A stretch of DNA of 64,000 bases from Gordius albopunctatus (taxonomy: Eukaryota), in assembly GCA_964276515.1 (NCBI GenBank), contig OZ193909.1, forward strand, positions 17,856,001 through 17,920,000. Direction: 5' to 3'. The notes under the pieces are model-generated. The model did no database searches and had not been told where the DNA came from. It saw only the letters and a program-made list of their open reading frames with translations. The position numbers and the translations under genes were made by a program. Each line of letters opens with the position of its first letter. Within the stretch, counting starts at the first letter, position 1. This document shows positions 1 through 13,089 of this stretch, piece by piece.

Positions 1-2764
1 AAGATAACCTCAACCTTTTCCGACCTTCCTCTGGATAACCTAATCACATACCAAAAGAATGAAAATCACCGAGGTACCCAAATTGATCATATAATAGGCC
101 AACTTAGAAACCACAAAATGATAAAGAACTTCCACACCTTTCAGCCTCTAATAAAAACAGATCACTTTGTCATCTCAGCGGATCTCTTTATTAATCCCTC
201 CTCTCTCCACACGTCAAGAAAACTTACATCTCTCAACTTGAGTCCAGATTACAAACAGACTCGAAGGCACTTGGCGATCTTGCCCCCCTCTCAGTCAATG
301 ACCACAATGACATCTTAGCAAAGTTTTTCACTCCATCCCAGAATGACCATCTCCATGTCAACATTAAGTCCTGGTTCTCCATCGATACCATTAATCTACT
401 CGAGTCCCGGTATAAAGTCTTTAAGGATAAGACACTTAGAAATAAAAAAGCATGGGTCCAACATCTCACTAAAAAGATTAAAGCGGCAATAAAAAAGGAC
501 AAGGCTAATTACTTATCAAGCAAACTAAATGAAGCAGAATCTGCTGCTCGCACAAACAGTACACACATCCTTTACAAAGTGCTCAGGAACATCACCGCAA
601 AATTCTCAGACAAATATAACTACAACACAATACAAAACAAACATAGCTCCAACGATTCCTTGATCCAAACGGAGGCTTGTGAGAGTCACTTTAGTTCCAT
701 TCTAGATCGCCCTTATTCAATCCCCTGTTCCGACATATTCCTTGAATTCATTAACAACTTCAAAACACCCTCCATCCCTTCTATCAGTGTTGAACCACCC
801 TCCTTAAATGAAATAAAATACGTGTTAAAATCCCTCAAACTTCATAAAGCTCCCGATGCAGAAAAAATCACAGTGGAAGCCCTTAAAGCTGATTACTCCC
901 TGTCTAGCAAACTATTGCATCAACTCTTCACCAAAATCTGGCTACAAGAGATCATCCCCCGCGCTTGGTCTACTGGTCTACTTAGTAAAATCTATAAAAA
1001 AGGAGACCCATCCCTTCCCGATAATTATAGAGGGATCACAATTATAAATAACATTTCCAAGGTTTTTATAAAAGTAATATATAGGAGGATATATCCATTC
1101 ATTGACGATAATTTAAAAAGTAACCAAGCCGGCTTCCGTAAGTCCAAAACCACAATTGAACACATCCTGACCCTCAAAAATATTATTGACATCTCCTCTA
1201 AATCTAAATCTCCTTTAGTCCTAACATTTGTCGACATTCATAAAGCTTTCGACTCCCTATCCCACCTTTACATATGGGAATCTTTATGTCTACTAGGAAT
1301 CCCCAAAAAAATTATTAGACTTATCTTCTTTCTGTACAAAGACATGAAAGTGGTCATTAAACATCTACACCACCGCTCAAACCCAATCCAAGTCAATTTA
1401 GGAGTTAGACAGGGATGTCCATTATCTCCTCTACTATTCATCACGGCAATGGATCTCATAATTAGGAGATCCACCCTTCCTTACGACGGTATCCACATGA
1501 ACGGCATCAAAGTGTCTTCACTGCTATTTGCTGACGATTTATGCATCATATCGGATTCAACTCTCAAAATTCAGAACTTTGCCGATAGATTCGTCTTAGA
1601 ATCCAAGAAAGCCGGTTTAATAATTAACCCTAACAAGACTAACTTACTATCTATTAACATACCCTCCCAAAATACTACATTGTCTATTAGCAACACTTTA
1701 ATCCCTTTTTCAGATTCAATAAACTACTTAGGAGTTCTTCTTTCTCTAGACAAATACTCCCACCAAGATGCCTCTAATAAATTATCTAAAGCTCTAAAGA
1801 GTTTTTATTCATGCTATTCAATCTGGAAATCCAACGAACTGGCTCTACCGACCCGCCTTCGGCTGTTCAAAACCACCATAATGCCTATATTGCCCGATGG
1901 ATGCGAAACATGGTCCCTCAAAGGTTCGACCATAAAAGCGGCCCAAACTAAACTAAATAAAATGCTCAAAATAATTTGTAAAATATTCTACCCTGAAGTA
2001 ATTAGCAATTCAAACCTCTGGACCCTTTGCGAAATCCCTCCCATAAAAACATAATTATATCACGGAAATGGAACTTCCTAGCCCACCAGACCAGACGCAA
2101 TGGACTCAACATTTGCTTAAGAGCAATTCTATGGAGACCCCCTCAACTAAAAAAAACTAAAATGTCGAGGTTCCTGGATCCACAAAACTTTTTTGGAACT
2201 CCGCTCTCTTAACCACGAATGGAATACTATAATCCCCATAATGCAAAACAGATCCGCTTGGAAAGCCTTTTCTGCCTCCAATTTCCCTTCAAAATATCCC
2301 CTCCCAATCGCCTCAACTTCGAGCTGTCTCTGAAGCCTACAACATCCAAAATAAATAATCAGACCTATCCCTGAGACAGAGGGCGACCCATAAACTAGCT
2401 AACCACGGATAGATACTTTCTTTCCACACCATCTAACCATGAACCCGAATCTGACGCACAAACTAGCAAGCAATGGAAAGCCTGCAAGTCCTCTTGCCAA
2501 AATAAGGAATGGTGGCATCTTATATTTATATGCTTATACTATTGTACTTGTACTATTAGCTTGCACGGTCTACTTTTACTTTATTGCTTCCGGCGACTAA
2601 AAATACTGATCTTCGCTTTAACATACTAACACACTAACCTACTAACAACTAACAACTGAACACGTAACCTCTGGTTAGCGTGGCCCGAGATGCACCTATG
2701 GTGTCAGATGGGACTCAATCTTAGCTTGCCGATTTAGCTAAGCTCTTGTTTGTCATCGGGGCTT
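1..2764 (+). mobile_element. Non-LTR retrotransposon (RTE-like LINE), 5' part outside the window, frameshifted; APE remnant + RT + 3' UTR
   Basis: APE C-terminal remnants (QIDHII ~79-96, TDHFV). ORF 579-2054 has RT motifs KKGD..NYRGI, QAGFR, FVDIHKAFDS, GVRQGCPLSP, LLFADD and an RTE-like GCETW. The C-terminus continues out of frame (2027-2212), and the 3' UTR runs straight into (ATAC)n. Confidence 0.9.
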
Positions 2765-4224
2765 ATACATACATACATACATACATACATACATACATAC
2801 ATACATACATACATACATACATACATACATACATACATACATACATACATACATACATACATACATACATACATACATACATACATACATACATACATAC
2901 ATACATACATACATACATACATACATACATACATACATACATACATACATACATACATACATACATACATACATACATACATACATACATACATACATAC
3001 ATACATACATACATACATACATACATACATACATACATACATACATACATACATACATACATACATACATACATACATACATACATACATACATACATAC
3101 ATACATACATACATACATACATACATACATACATACATACATACATACATACATACATACATACATACATACATACATACATACATACATACATACATAC
3201 ATACATACATACATACATACATACATACATACATACATACATACATACATACATACATACATACATACATACATACATACATACATACATACATACATAC
3301 ATACATACATACATACATACATACATACATACATACATACATACATACATACATACATACATACATACATACATACATACATACATACATACATACATAC
3401 ATACATACATACATACATACATACATACATACATACATACATACATACATACATACATACATACATACATACATACATACATACATACATACATACATAC
3501 ATACATACATACATACATACATACATACATACATACATACATACATACATACATACATACATACATACATACATACATACATACATACATACATACATAC
3601 ATACATACATACATACATACATACATACATACATACATACATACATACATACATACATACATACATACATACATACATACATACATACATACATACATAC
3701 ATACATACATACATACATACATACATACATACATACATACATACATACATACATACATACATACATACATACATACATACATACATACATACATACATAC
3801 ATACATACATACATACATACATACATACATACATACATACATACATACATACATACATACATACATACATACATACATACATACATACATACATACATAC
3901 ATACATACATACATACATACATACATACATACATACATACATACATACATACATACATACATACATACATACATACATACATACATACATACATACATAC
4001 ATACATACATACATACATACATACATACATACATACATACATACATACATACATACATACATACATACATACATACATACATACATACATACATACATAC
4101 ATACATACATACATACATACATACATACATACATACATACATACATACATACATACATACATACATACATACATACATACATACATACATACATACATAC
4201 ATACATACATACATACATACATAC
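2765..4224 (+). repeat. Perfect (ATAC)n microsatellite, ~365 units; probable LINE 3' tail
   Basis: Uninterrupted 4-mer array abutting the LINE 3' UTR. Confidence 0.97.
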
Positions 4225-4617
4225 CTAAGAAGCAGGATATTTAATAAAAAAGTGAAATTTGGTATCTATCGCTTATATTTAGTTGAATAAATGAGAATTA
4301 ATTGGATTTGTTTGAAAAATCAATCACGTTATATTAATTCCTTTTTACAAGGGTCATTGTCTGAATGAAATTATAAATCTCCTAGTCTAAAGGGTTCTAT
4401 AGTTTTGATTTGCTATATTTCTTTTGTTTTTAAATTTCTTTCATAATTAGTTAAATTAAACGATACATTTGTTAAAATTTGAGTTAAATGTAGCAATAAA
4501 AATTAAACGTTATAAAATTTATTGAAAATCAATAAAATTAAATGTAAGCTAATCATGCCTCAGAACCAAGAATAAATAAAATGCCTAAACAGAATATAAG
4601 GTAGCTTATTATTTTAA

Positions 4618-5645
4618 TTGCTATGCAATTTATGGGCTCGTTTTTTGTTGTCCGTCCGTTTTCTGTCCGTTGTCCGTTACCCTCCAATTTATTTACACCA
4701 GCTTCCCGACCTAGAGGTTCGAGTTCAATCCCGGGAGAGGACGAATTTTTTTTTTAAAATTAAATTAATATTTTGTTCTTGTAAATACCATGGATAATAT
4801 GACTTTTTGACCCTCCGCTGGCTGATGACCAATGAAAAAAATGACCATTGGCCAAATAAATCGAAATTTTTTTTTCGTTTTTGCATTGGGTAACATTTAT
4901 GGTATTACCTAATTAGAATAGTGGTACCTTTATTATTTAGATATCACGTTGTTCACATTCCTTCTTACTCGATGAATACACACTATTCATACTCCTCCTT
5001 ATTCTATTCAAAATGATTATAATTTGAATAGCCCCCAACTACCTTACGAGTTATGTATATTAACTTCGATAGATGGTATATAAACTAATGCGTAGCGATC
5101 GAATTATTATATTGTATCTTTTGGTTTGATATTAATAAAGTTCCTTTGGTTAGAATAAAGTAGGCTAAAACCCCTACACATTTATAATTACCCTATGGCC
5201 TCCCCTACAAGGGCCTATGCCTCTACTGATATGGGTCCCTGTGCCCATACAAAAGCCTATGCCCCTAATGATGTGGGTTCGAATCCCGGAGAGGACAAAA
5301 TTTTCATTTTTTTATAAATTAAATTAATATTTTGTTTTTGTTAATACCATCGATAATATGACTTTTTGTCCGTGCCCTGGCTACTGACAAATGGAAAAAA
5401 TGACCATTGGCCAAAATTTGATTCGAAATTTTATTTTTTGTTTCGTTTTTAAATTGATTACCATGGATATTTACCCTATGTCCATCAGTCCAATTATTTT
5501 GCATTTAATACCCTCCTATAGGCATTCTCGCCCCTTCCCACCTTTCTCGCCCATAAATTGCATAGCAAATATGCTGCGTTTATACGGAGTATAGATGAGT
5601 TTCGTTCCTCCTTCCCCCTTCCCACGAGGGCCGAAGACCCGAGTT
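4618..5645 (+). mobile_element. Non-autonomous Helentron/HINE (DINE-1-like) element
   Basis: Subterminal inverted repeat TTGCTATGCAATTTATGGGC (~4618) / GCCCATAAATTGCATAGCAA (~5549), GTCC-rich microsatellite after the 5' IR, internal repeated blocks, and a 3' GC hairpin GGGCCGAAGACCC followed by a T-run. Related copies at ~10163 and 63210-64000. Confidence 0.7.
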
Positions 5646-5799
5646 TTTTCATATTTCTTTTTGGATTTATATAAACAATAACATAAAAATCAGGCAACGC
5701 GATGCTTTCAAATTTATACATTGCATTATTTGTCACTTGAAATAGAGAGTATTTAGCCTAACCAGCATTTACTTTTTTTAATAGTACGCATTGTAAATA

Positions 5800-6827
5800 A
5801 TGTATCTCGTTAAGCCATATTATACTGTTTTCCCAATAAATGTTCCAACCAATATGTATAAACTTTCTAGTCATTTTGAATGTGGAAATATCGAGAATAG
5901 TGCTGATAAGGTATTTTTTAATCAGATTAATTTTAAGATGTTTTAGAGTTGTGACGAAGAAAAGCTTAACAAGTTAATAAATCTTCAAGATTATATTCTT
6001 TCACAACAATGCAAAGTGTTGGTAGAAATCAAAAAACTAAAAAAAATTTTAAATATACCTAATGAAGCACCTACAAAGCAAACCTTGGTGAGTCTAAGCT
6101 TTTAAATATACAAATTTTTTAGGCCAAGCTTAATCTATTGATATATATTAATCCTTATTCCCTAAATGAATTGCCACTCTCTCTTATAATCTTACTAAAA
6201 ATTATGATTGGTGAAATGAAAAATGTTCAGCTAAATATTTATAAACACTCCTCTTATAAAAGACCAGATATATATGAACATTTTAAAAAACTTTTAGCTT
6301 GTCAACGAATAATCACAAACAAAGATCAAATGATAGATCTTAATATAATGTTTAAAACAAGTAAAATTTAAAAGTGTAAATAACTTTTATTTTAAATTTT
6401 TTATTCAGATCCATATCCCATAATGCTTTCTGACATCACTGGGAAGTTATTTATCTCAGGGGAAATAAATATAACAAGGCTTCTTTGGAGATTGTATTTT
6501 ACAGGATCATTAACTGAAGTAAAATTTAGTAAAAGTATTTTTTATTGAGAACAGAATGAAGAAATATGTGTTGACACTGTTATTGAATCATTTTTAAAAT
6601 TTGAAAACAATCAAATAAAAGATATTTTTAGTGAAACACGTGTCCAAAAGATTGTTCCCAAAGACAACTCTCTATATATAATCAATAATCACCTCAGTTT
6701 GATAGATATTTATTTATGGTCACACCTTTACAAAAATTTAACATCAAAAATTTCCAAACCAAATGATTTATGGCAAGCGTGGTTCACCAATTGTTCCAAA
6801 CATATAAAATACTTTAATATTTCATGA
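5800..6827 (+). CDS. AIMP2: Aminoacyl-tRNA synthetase complex-interacting multifunctional protein 2 (p38); 5 exons
   Basis: GT-AG exons 5800-5910, 5947-6087, 6123-6360, 6409-6518 and 6555-6827 splice in frame: MYLVKPY..VPTNMYKL, a coiled coil, INP..LPLSL..KHSS, ISGEINITRLL, LSLIDIYLWS..AWFTNC. These match recalled AIMP2 motifs (MYQVKPY/PTCMYRL, IEGEGNIARFL, TVADVVLWS). Confidence 0.85.
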
Positions 6828-6870
6828 TTCATGGCATAAATAAAAGAACTGTTGATACTCATTGTTTCAT

Positions 6871-9620
6871 TCATGTCCTGAGAGCAACTCTAACTTTATC
6901 TTGAGCATTTTTGTCTGTAAGATTAATTTATACAATGATGTAATTCTACCAATTTAATTTATATACAAAATATAATCTATGCACTTTTTGTACAGGCAAA
7001 TTAAATTGGGGTCTTGTGGACTCTTAAATTGACATTTAAAATTTGTCCTATTTTAGAGTTAAAATGTTTGGGGGGGGGGGGATAAAAAGCAATTAAAAAA
7101 TAGCCCAATATCAAAAGAAAATCTACCTTTTAAAATATGAAATTGCATGGCAATTAATTCCAGTTTGAATTGGCTGATTAAAAAATATGTGTTTAAAAAT
7201 AGTAAAAAAATACATTAAAATTAAGAGCTAGATAATTAGTTTAAAAGGCTATTTTAACAATCCACATCAGGCTAATTTAAATGAGGGCTAAAATTTAATA
7301 AGAGCACTTTGGTCATGACCCTAATTTATCTATTTGTTTGCTTAAATAAATTATCTTTGTTTGTGTTTAACATGATGAATAATAAGATTTTTATATTGTT
7401 AATAAAAATTCTTAGTATAGATTTTACCAGCAGTTAATTTAAAATGCTATCCATTTAATTTGACTATATATCAATTATATATTTTTTTAAATTTATTTAC
7501 AATATAACTTTTTATAATTTAATAGTTTCCATTTAATGTGTCAAAAATCTAAAGCCACATTATGGCTATTCTATACAAAACTTAAGTTATTTTAATTATC
7601 TGTGCAGAAAAAAACTTAAATATTATTGTATTGTAATCAAAATAATGCTTTTTTAAATAAATTTTGTTGTAATAATGTACAAAAATGAAAATACCTGATG
7701 TTTTTATTGGTGGAAAAGGTTCTGCAGGCACATTAGGAAGATTCTATAAATAAAATATATATATTAATATACTATGAAATTTACCATTGCTGTTTGCTCA
7801 ATCACAAGATTGTCAAGTTCTTTTAGGACCTCCCTTTCATCTTCTTGGGTGTAATTTTGGGATAATAAATCACTTATTTCCTACAAAAATAAGCATAAAT
7901 TATTAAAAACTATTATATACAAAACAAATTACTTTTTGATATTCAGCTCCCTCCCTTGTATCATCCATAATTTTTTCTACGTCATCCAGAGAAAATAACT
8001 AAATTTAAAAGACAAATTACATAATTAAGTAATACATTGGTAAAAACTTTATTTCAAAGTTTAGGTTTGATTAAATTTAGTCCATTTGATTCTACTTTTG
8101 TGACCTTCCTTTTTGTTATTTTTTATGGAACACAATTTAACAATTCCCAAATAAATTAAATGCTTTAGTCATAAAAATAAAAAAGGGTGTATGGAACAAT
8201 ACTAATTAATTTTGATCATTACTTTGTTATCCTCAAGCTTATTTAAGAAACAATGTTAATTAAGTAAATGCTGATAAATTAAAATTTATAAGAAATAATG
8301 AGGTTGATTAAAGTAGGAGATAAATATTTAAATATTTGTGTTCAGTTACAAATGAATAAATAAATAAATGAAAGAAGTTTTGTAAACTTGGCATCAAACA
8401 TATTGCATTAGAAAAATTAAGATTTGATTTATACCTTTGAGCTATTTAAATTAAAAACATTGTAAAAATAGAGGCACTAGTCTAAAAGAGCGAAAACGTT
8501 ATATGTCTGTTATCATTTTCGAGTCACATACTAAAAAAGATAGGGATATACATAGTTCAAATTAGTCTCTAATTAAAATTGCCCATAGATGGCGCTAATT
8601 AGAGTATTCTTTTAATTTAATTGCGGGCACTCCTGAAAGGGGTTGTTATTATCTTCTAAAGTAAATTATAAAACAAGTTATATCAAATTTACAAGGTAAT
8701 TAAACTTCTGTATAATAAACTCCTTGAGCCATTATCCAAAATTTTAAATTAAATTAAGAATAATAAAAGCATAACTTGCGCCAATTTTAAAAAATTGTTT
8801 TAAATTACTTGATTTAATTTCTTTAGACATTCATTACCCAGTTTTAAATTTTGGACAACTTGTGATTCTAGATTTGAAAATTCAACATTGTGGATCTTAA
8901 ATAAATAATTTATTGATTTTAAAATAGGCAATATAAATTTCATAGAAAAAAATTGAATTTGTAGATAATACCATCATATCAACTTGACCAAGGTATTCTT
9001 CATTCTTTTCTAGCAACTTATCCTGGAATCTTTTCTTTTTTAGCAACAATTTAGCAGTCCTACAAAAATTCATATCATTAATTTTGTGGAAAACATTGGA
9101 TTACTCTCTTCTTCCTTCAGCTAATAATTTCTTAGCCTTATTTCTATCAGTTTCTAAATCTTGCTCTAATCTTCTTTTATATTCATTCAACTTATCCCTT
9201 TGCTGTTTCATTTGCTATTCACAATCAATACACTTATATTTATACTTTGAAAAAGGGTTAAAATAATTTTTACCAACATTATTGGTATGTGCTAATAAAA
9301 TAAATAAGTCATATAAATATTTTAGAAGATTTCTACCCATTTTATGAAAAAAAGTCATATAAAATTCAATGTTATTTAGTTTGCAATATCCTAAACCTAA
9401 ATACAATAATGTATGTTCAAATTTATATAACAAAATTAAATATATTAGTTAAATATAATTATAGCCACATAACATTATAATCCATGTGCAATAAATGCCA
9501 ACAAATTTATGTGAGATCCTGAGTTCGTAACTAGCAATATGAACTTACTAATACGATTAAGTCATGTTCAGTAATTTTTGTTGCTCTCTTGACCGCCAAC
9601 TTTGCAAAAAATCCTCCCAT
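6871..9620 (-). CDS. CHMP6: ESCRT-III subunit CHMP6/Vps20; ~8 exons
   Basis: Exon 1 (9620-9549) reads MGGFFAKLAVKRATKITEHDLIVL, with an MG myristoylation start. Later exons give QMKQQRDKLNEY..AKLLLKKKRFQ..LKLGNECLKKLNQ..DDVEKIMDDTREGAEYQ..LPNVPAEP (MIM2-like). The predicted last exon DKNAQDKVRVALRT* stops at 6871. Confidence 0.9.
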
Positions 9621-9704
9621 TCAATAAAATACAAAATTATATTCCCCAAGTTAGAAGAACACCCCTAAGATTTATAAATATTAACAACGTCAGTAATAGT
9701 TGTC

Positions 9705-9776
9705 GGGGATGTAGCTCAGTGGTAGAGCGTCCGCTTCGCATGCGGAATGTCATGGGTTCAAACCCCATCATCTCCA
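9705..9776 (+). tRNA. tRNA-Ala, anticodon CGC
   Basis: GGGGATG/CATCTCC acceptor stem with G3:U70, A-box TAGCTCAGTGG, anticodon arm CCGC-TTCGCAT-GCGG, B-box GGTTCAAACCC, downstream T-run terminator. Confidence 0.95.
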
Positions 9777-9804
9777 CAATTTTTAAATTTTTATTAATTA
9801 ATAA

Positions 9805-11052
9805 GTACGGGCTTCTCCTTAAAAATAAAACAACGGGCCGGGCCTAGAATTAGATTTATTTAGTATAAAAGAAGGTATTTTTATAATGTTTTAATTTGTA
9901 ATTATTTTTTCTTTATTAAATTAACGAGGAAAGTTAAATTTTGTTTCCATCCTAGTTCATTAATTCTTTAATAGCTCAACCCGCATTATAAATGTTACAG
10001 ATAATTTATATTGGAGGGGGGCAGTTTAAATAGGGCAAAAAAAAATTTTTTCATCAGGAATTTTTGAATTTGGAGGGGTGCAGCTGCCCATATTTGCCTC
10101 CCCATTGATACCCTCTAGCAATATTAAGTGAATTATTTTAAAATTATTTTATATTTAAATTTCTATGCAATTTATGGGCTCTCTTTTGGTTATCCGTCCT
10201 GTCCTGTCCAACTTGTAATTTTTCAATAATTGCCGTGGAAACTTACATGGGTTTTAATGGCTGTGGACTTATGCTTCTGTGAAAGACTTTTATTTAGCTG
10301 ACCCCTGATTGGCTTTACTTTTTCCAACCTCGCCCAAGCTCAAATTCCATTATTGTTTTTATGCCTGACTCATTATGATTACCCTTATTAATAAATTTAT
10401 TTTGGCAATTTGTCTAGGTTGTTCATTTATAAAGGATGAATGCGAAACTGGCTAAATAATTCCCTGCAAATTAATGCTGACCGTTGTTAACTTATACTTT
10501 ATCTGACCCCGGCTAAATGCCAGAATTTATATACTCATTATCATTGACAAATTTAAAAACAAATCCTAAAATTTATTTCCTCAAGTTACTTTTATCACTG
10601 TTTTTTCATTTTATATCAATAATCTAATTATTTAAAATGGTGGCAAAGCAAAGAAGCTAAGTAGTTTTATTAAAATATTAGGTTTTAAAAGTTTATTTGG
10701 CTTATATGGTTTTATGTATCCTTAAGTGCCACTTGTAAAAAAATTTTCCCATGTAGGTCGTTTATTAAAAGATAGAAGAACTCGAGTGACCAGGAATTAC
10801 CAATCGTTTCTTTTTAGACTCTTTTTATTAACATTTTTAATACAAAAATATTGTTTGCCATATCTATCGATAAAAAAAATTAAACAAAAAAATAAAAATA
10901 AAAAAATTTTACGAGCCCGGGCCGGGTTTTGTATAAAATTTGCGGGCCGGGCCCGGACTTATAATTTATTATTTTGACGGGCCCGGGCCGGGCTTTCAAA
11001 TTTTTATTACGGGCGGGCCGACTGACCTAAACAGGCCCGTTGCAGGTCTCTA
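9805..11052. mobile_element. Degenerate hAT-family relic (one recognisable end)
   Basis: Clusters of CGGGCC subterminal repeats at ~9805-9845 and ~10915-11040, a terminus ...TGCAGGTCTCTA at 11052, and a possible decayed 'ASVERLF' hAT C-terminal motif near 10275. Confidence 0.45.
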
Positions 11053-11236
11053 GTAGTTACTAGAGTTGTTAAGCCCTTTTCACATGTGAGGAAGAGGGTA
11101 AAAAATAAGGGGGGGCAAAGCTTTATGGTGTTGGCTATTGACGAATGTTATGAATACTTTTTTTGTTATTTATAATATTATTTTATGCTCGTTTAATTTT
11201 ACCGAATAAAAGCATTTTGACATTTAAAAAAAATTA

Positions 11237-12249
11237 TAGAGAACTGCACGGGTCACCCAACCCGGGCGTGACCTGATATCGTGTCGGGTTCGGGTTGAAA
11301 GTTTTGAAATGCTTTTTGGTCGGGTTCTGGTTGAAAATTCTAATCTGCTTTCGGGTCGCGTCGGGTTGGATTTAAAGTGTATGGTCAAGGGTTATGAATC
11401 TTACATTGCTGAATACACGGGACATATCTTTAAAAATAATGCTATTATGTATAATATTTTTTAATTAATATCGAAATTTATAATTGAAGATATTCATTAA
11501 GTAAATTTAAACTCTTTTTGTATTTTTTAAATCTGAATGTTTTAATTTGACCCAAATTTAAATTTGACTCATATCAACAAAATAATATTTTTAAATTGTA
11601 TTTAAACAGTGTGAAGTCGTAGTTCTTTATTAATTTAAACTACATAAATATATATTCATAAAAAAAAAAATATTATGTTTAAATTTATTAAATGATTTAT
11701 TTGCAAAACTCTATATTTCAAATTGAATGTGACCAGATACTGTGTGCTATCATATATCTATAAATCATGAAAATAAATTTAGTAATCAAAATCTGTGTAA
11801 TTAATTAGTTTCATAAATCGCACTTTAATTTGTTGATTCAATTTTAAACACCCTCATGGGAATAGCCAAGAAATTGAAATTAGGGGGGCAAAATGACCAT
11901 TTTTTTCATTTTAGCAATAACGATAAAATATCTACGATTTTTTAAATTTAGAGGGGGTCAGCCGCCCCTCCCTGCAACCCGCTGGCTAGCACATGCGCAC
12001 CGCAATTTTTATTACTCTCACGTTGGGTACCAAAATTTGAAACACGTTCGGAAGTGATTAAAAAAATTCTAACACTTTCGGGTCGGGCCGGGTCGGGTTC
12101 GGGTTGAAAATTTTAAAATACTTTCGGATCGGGTCGGGTTCGGGTTTACAAATTTAAAATGCTTTCGGGTCGGGTCCGGGTTGAAAATTTTAAAAATATT
12201 TCGGGTCAGGTAGGGTTCGGGCTGAAAAAAATGACTTTGCAGTTCTCTA
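11237..12249. mobile_element. Non-autonomous hAT element/MITE
   Basis: TIR TAGAGAACTGCA...TGCAGTTCTCTA, many TCGGG subterminal repeats, degenerate 8-bp TSD (aaaaatta/ctaaatta). A small MITE is nested at 11855-11995. Confidence 0.75.
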
Positions 12250-13089
12250 CTAAATTATAACAAATAGCAATTAAATCTGCCTCTGCTAGAGTTTACTGCT
12301 CGGGCTATCTGCTCATGCTCAATGCTTTAGCAGATTTTGCTGCTTCGACTCGCCTCTCGAGCATTTTTACATGCTACTGCTCTGCCTAGTGCTCCGATCA
12401 GCGAGCACTCATTGTGCTAACTAAACTAGCATATTAAACAGCTCAGTGTGCGTGCTCGCATTTGGAGTTGAAGCTAGTTAGCAATTTAAAACCACTAAGC
12501 GTAGCCAGTTTTTGGATTAGGACGAGGGCGAAACGTTTAAAATTTCAATTAGGGGGGGGGGGGGCAAAACATAAAATAATTTGATTTTTAATGTTTTCCG
12601 CATTGAAGAAAAAAATTCCGTCATTTAGGGAGGGGAGCGGCCAATCCTTTCCCTCCTTGGCTGCGCCCATGATAGTATATATTACTTCATTTTTTGAATA
12701 TGAATGCATAAATTTATTAGCCATAGCGGAATGTTTCCCGAATATTTACAATTCTTAACTTCCTTAAAATTTATCTCACCCTCATAAAATATGTAATTTT
12801 TTATAAAAATTTAGATCCATTAAAAAAGTTAAGTGTTATAAATGTTTGGATAACATTTAATGTAGCTATTGAATTATATTTACAAATAATAATGTCGATT
12901 TTCTGCTTTATGAAAAAGATTAGCAATATCATGTGATAGCAAAAATATTTGTTTACCCAATTTTTAAGGCTTAGCGCCAAAGGTTATGAGAGTGGCTGTC
13001 GCAATGGCACAAAGTATTTATACTATATTACTGTCAACAGATTTTTAAGAAATAAGCTTTAAAAAATTATAGTAATATTAAGTTCCAAG

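Noticed and set aside
2734..4290. Five ~490-aa ORFs (MYVC/HTYI repeats)
   Set aside because: They arise from translating a stop-free (ATAC)n microsatellite.
9602..9847. 81-aa ORF across the tRNA
   Set aside because: It is a spurious translation of the tRNA gene.
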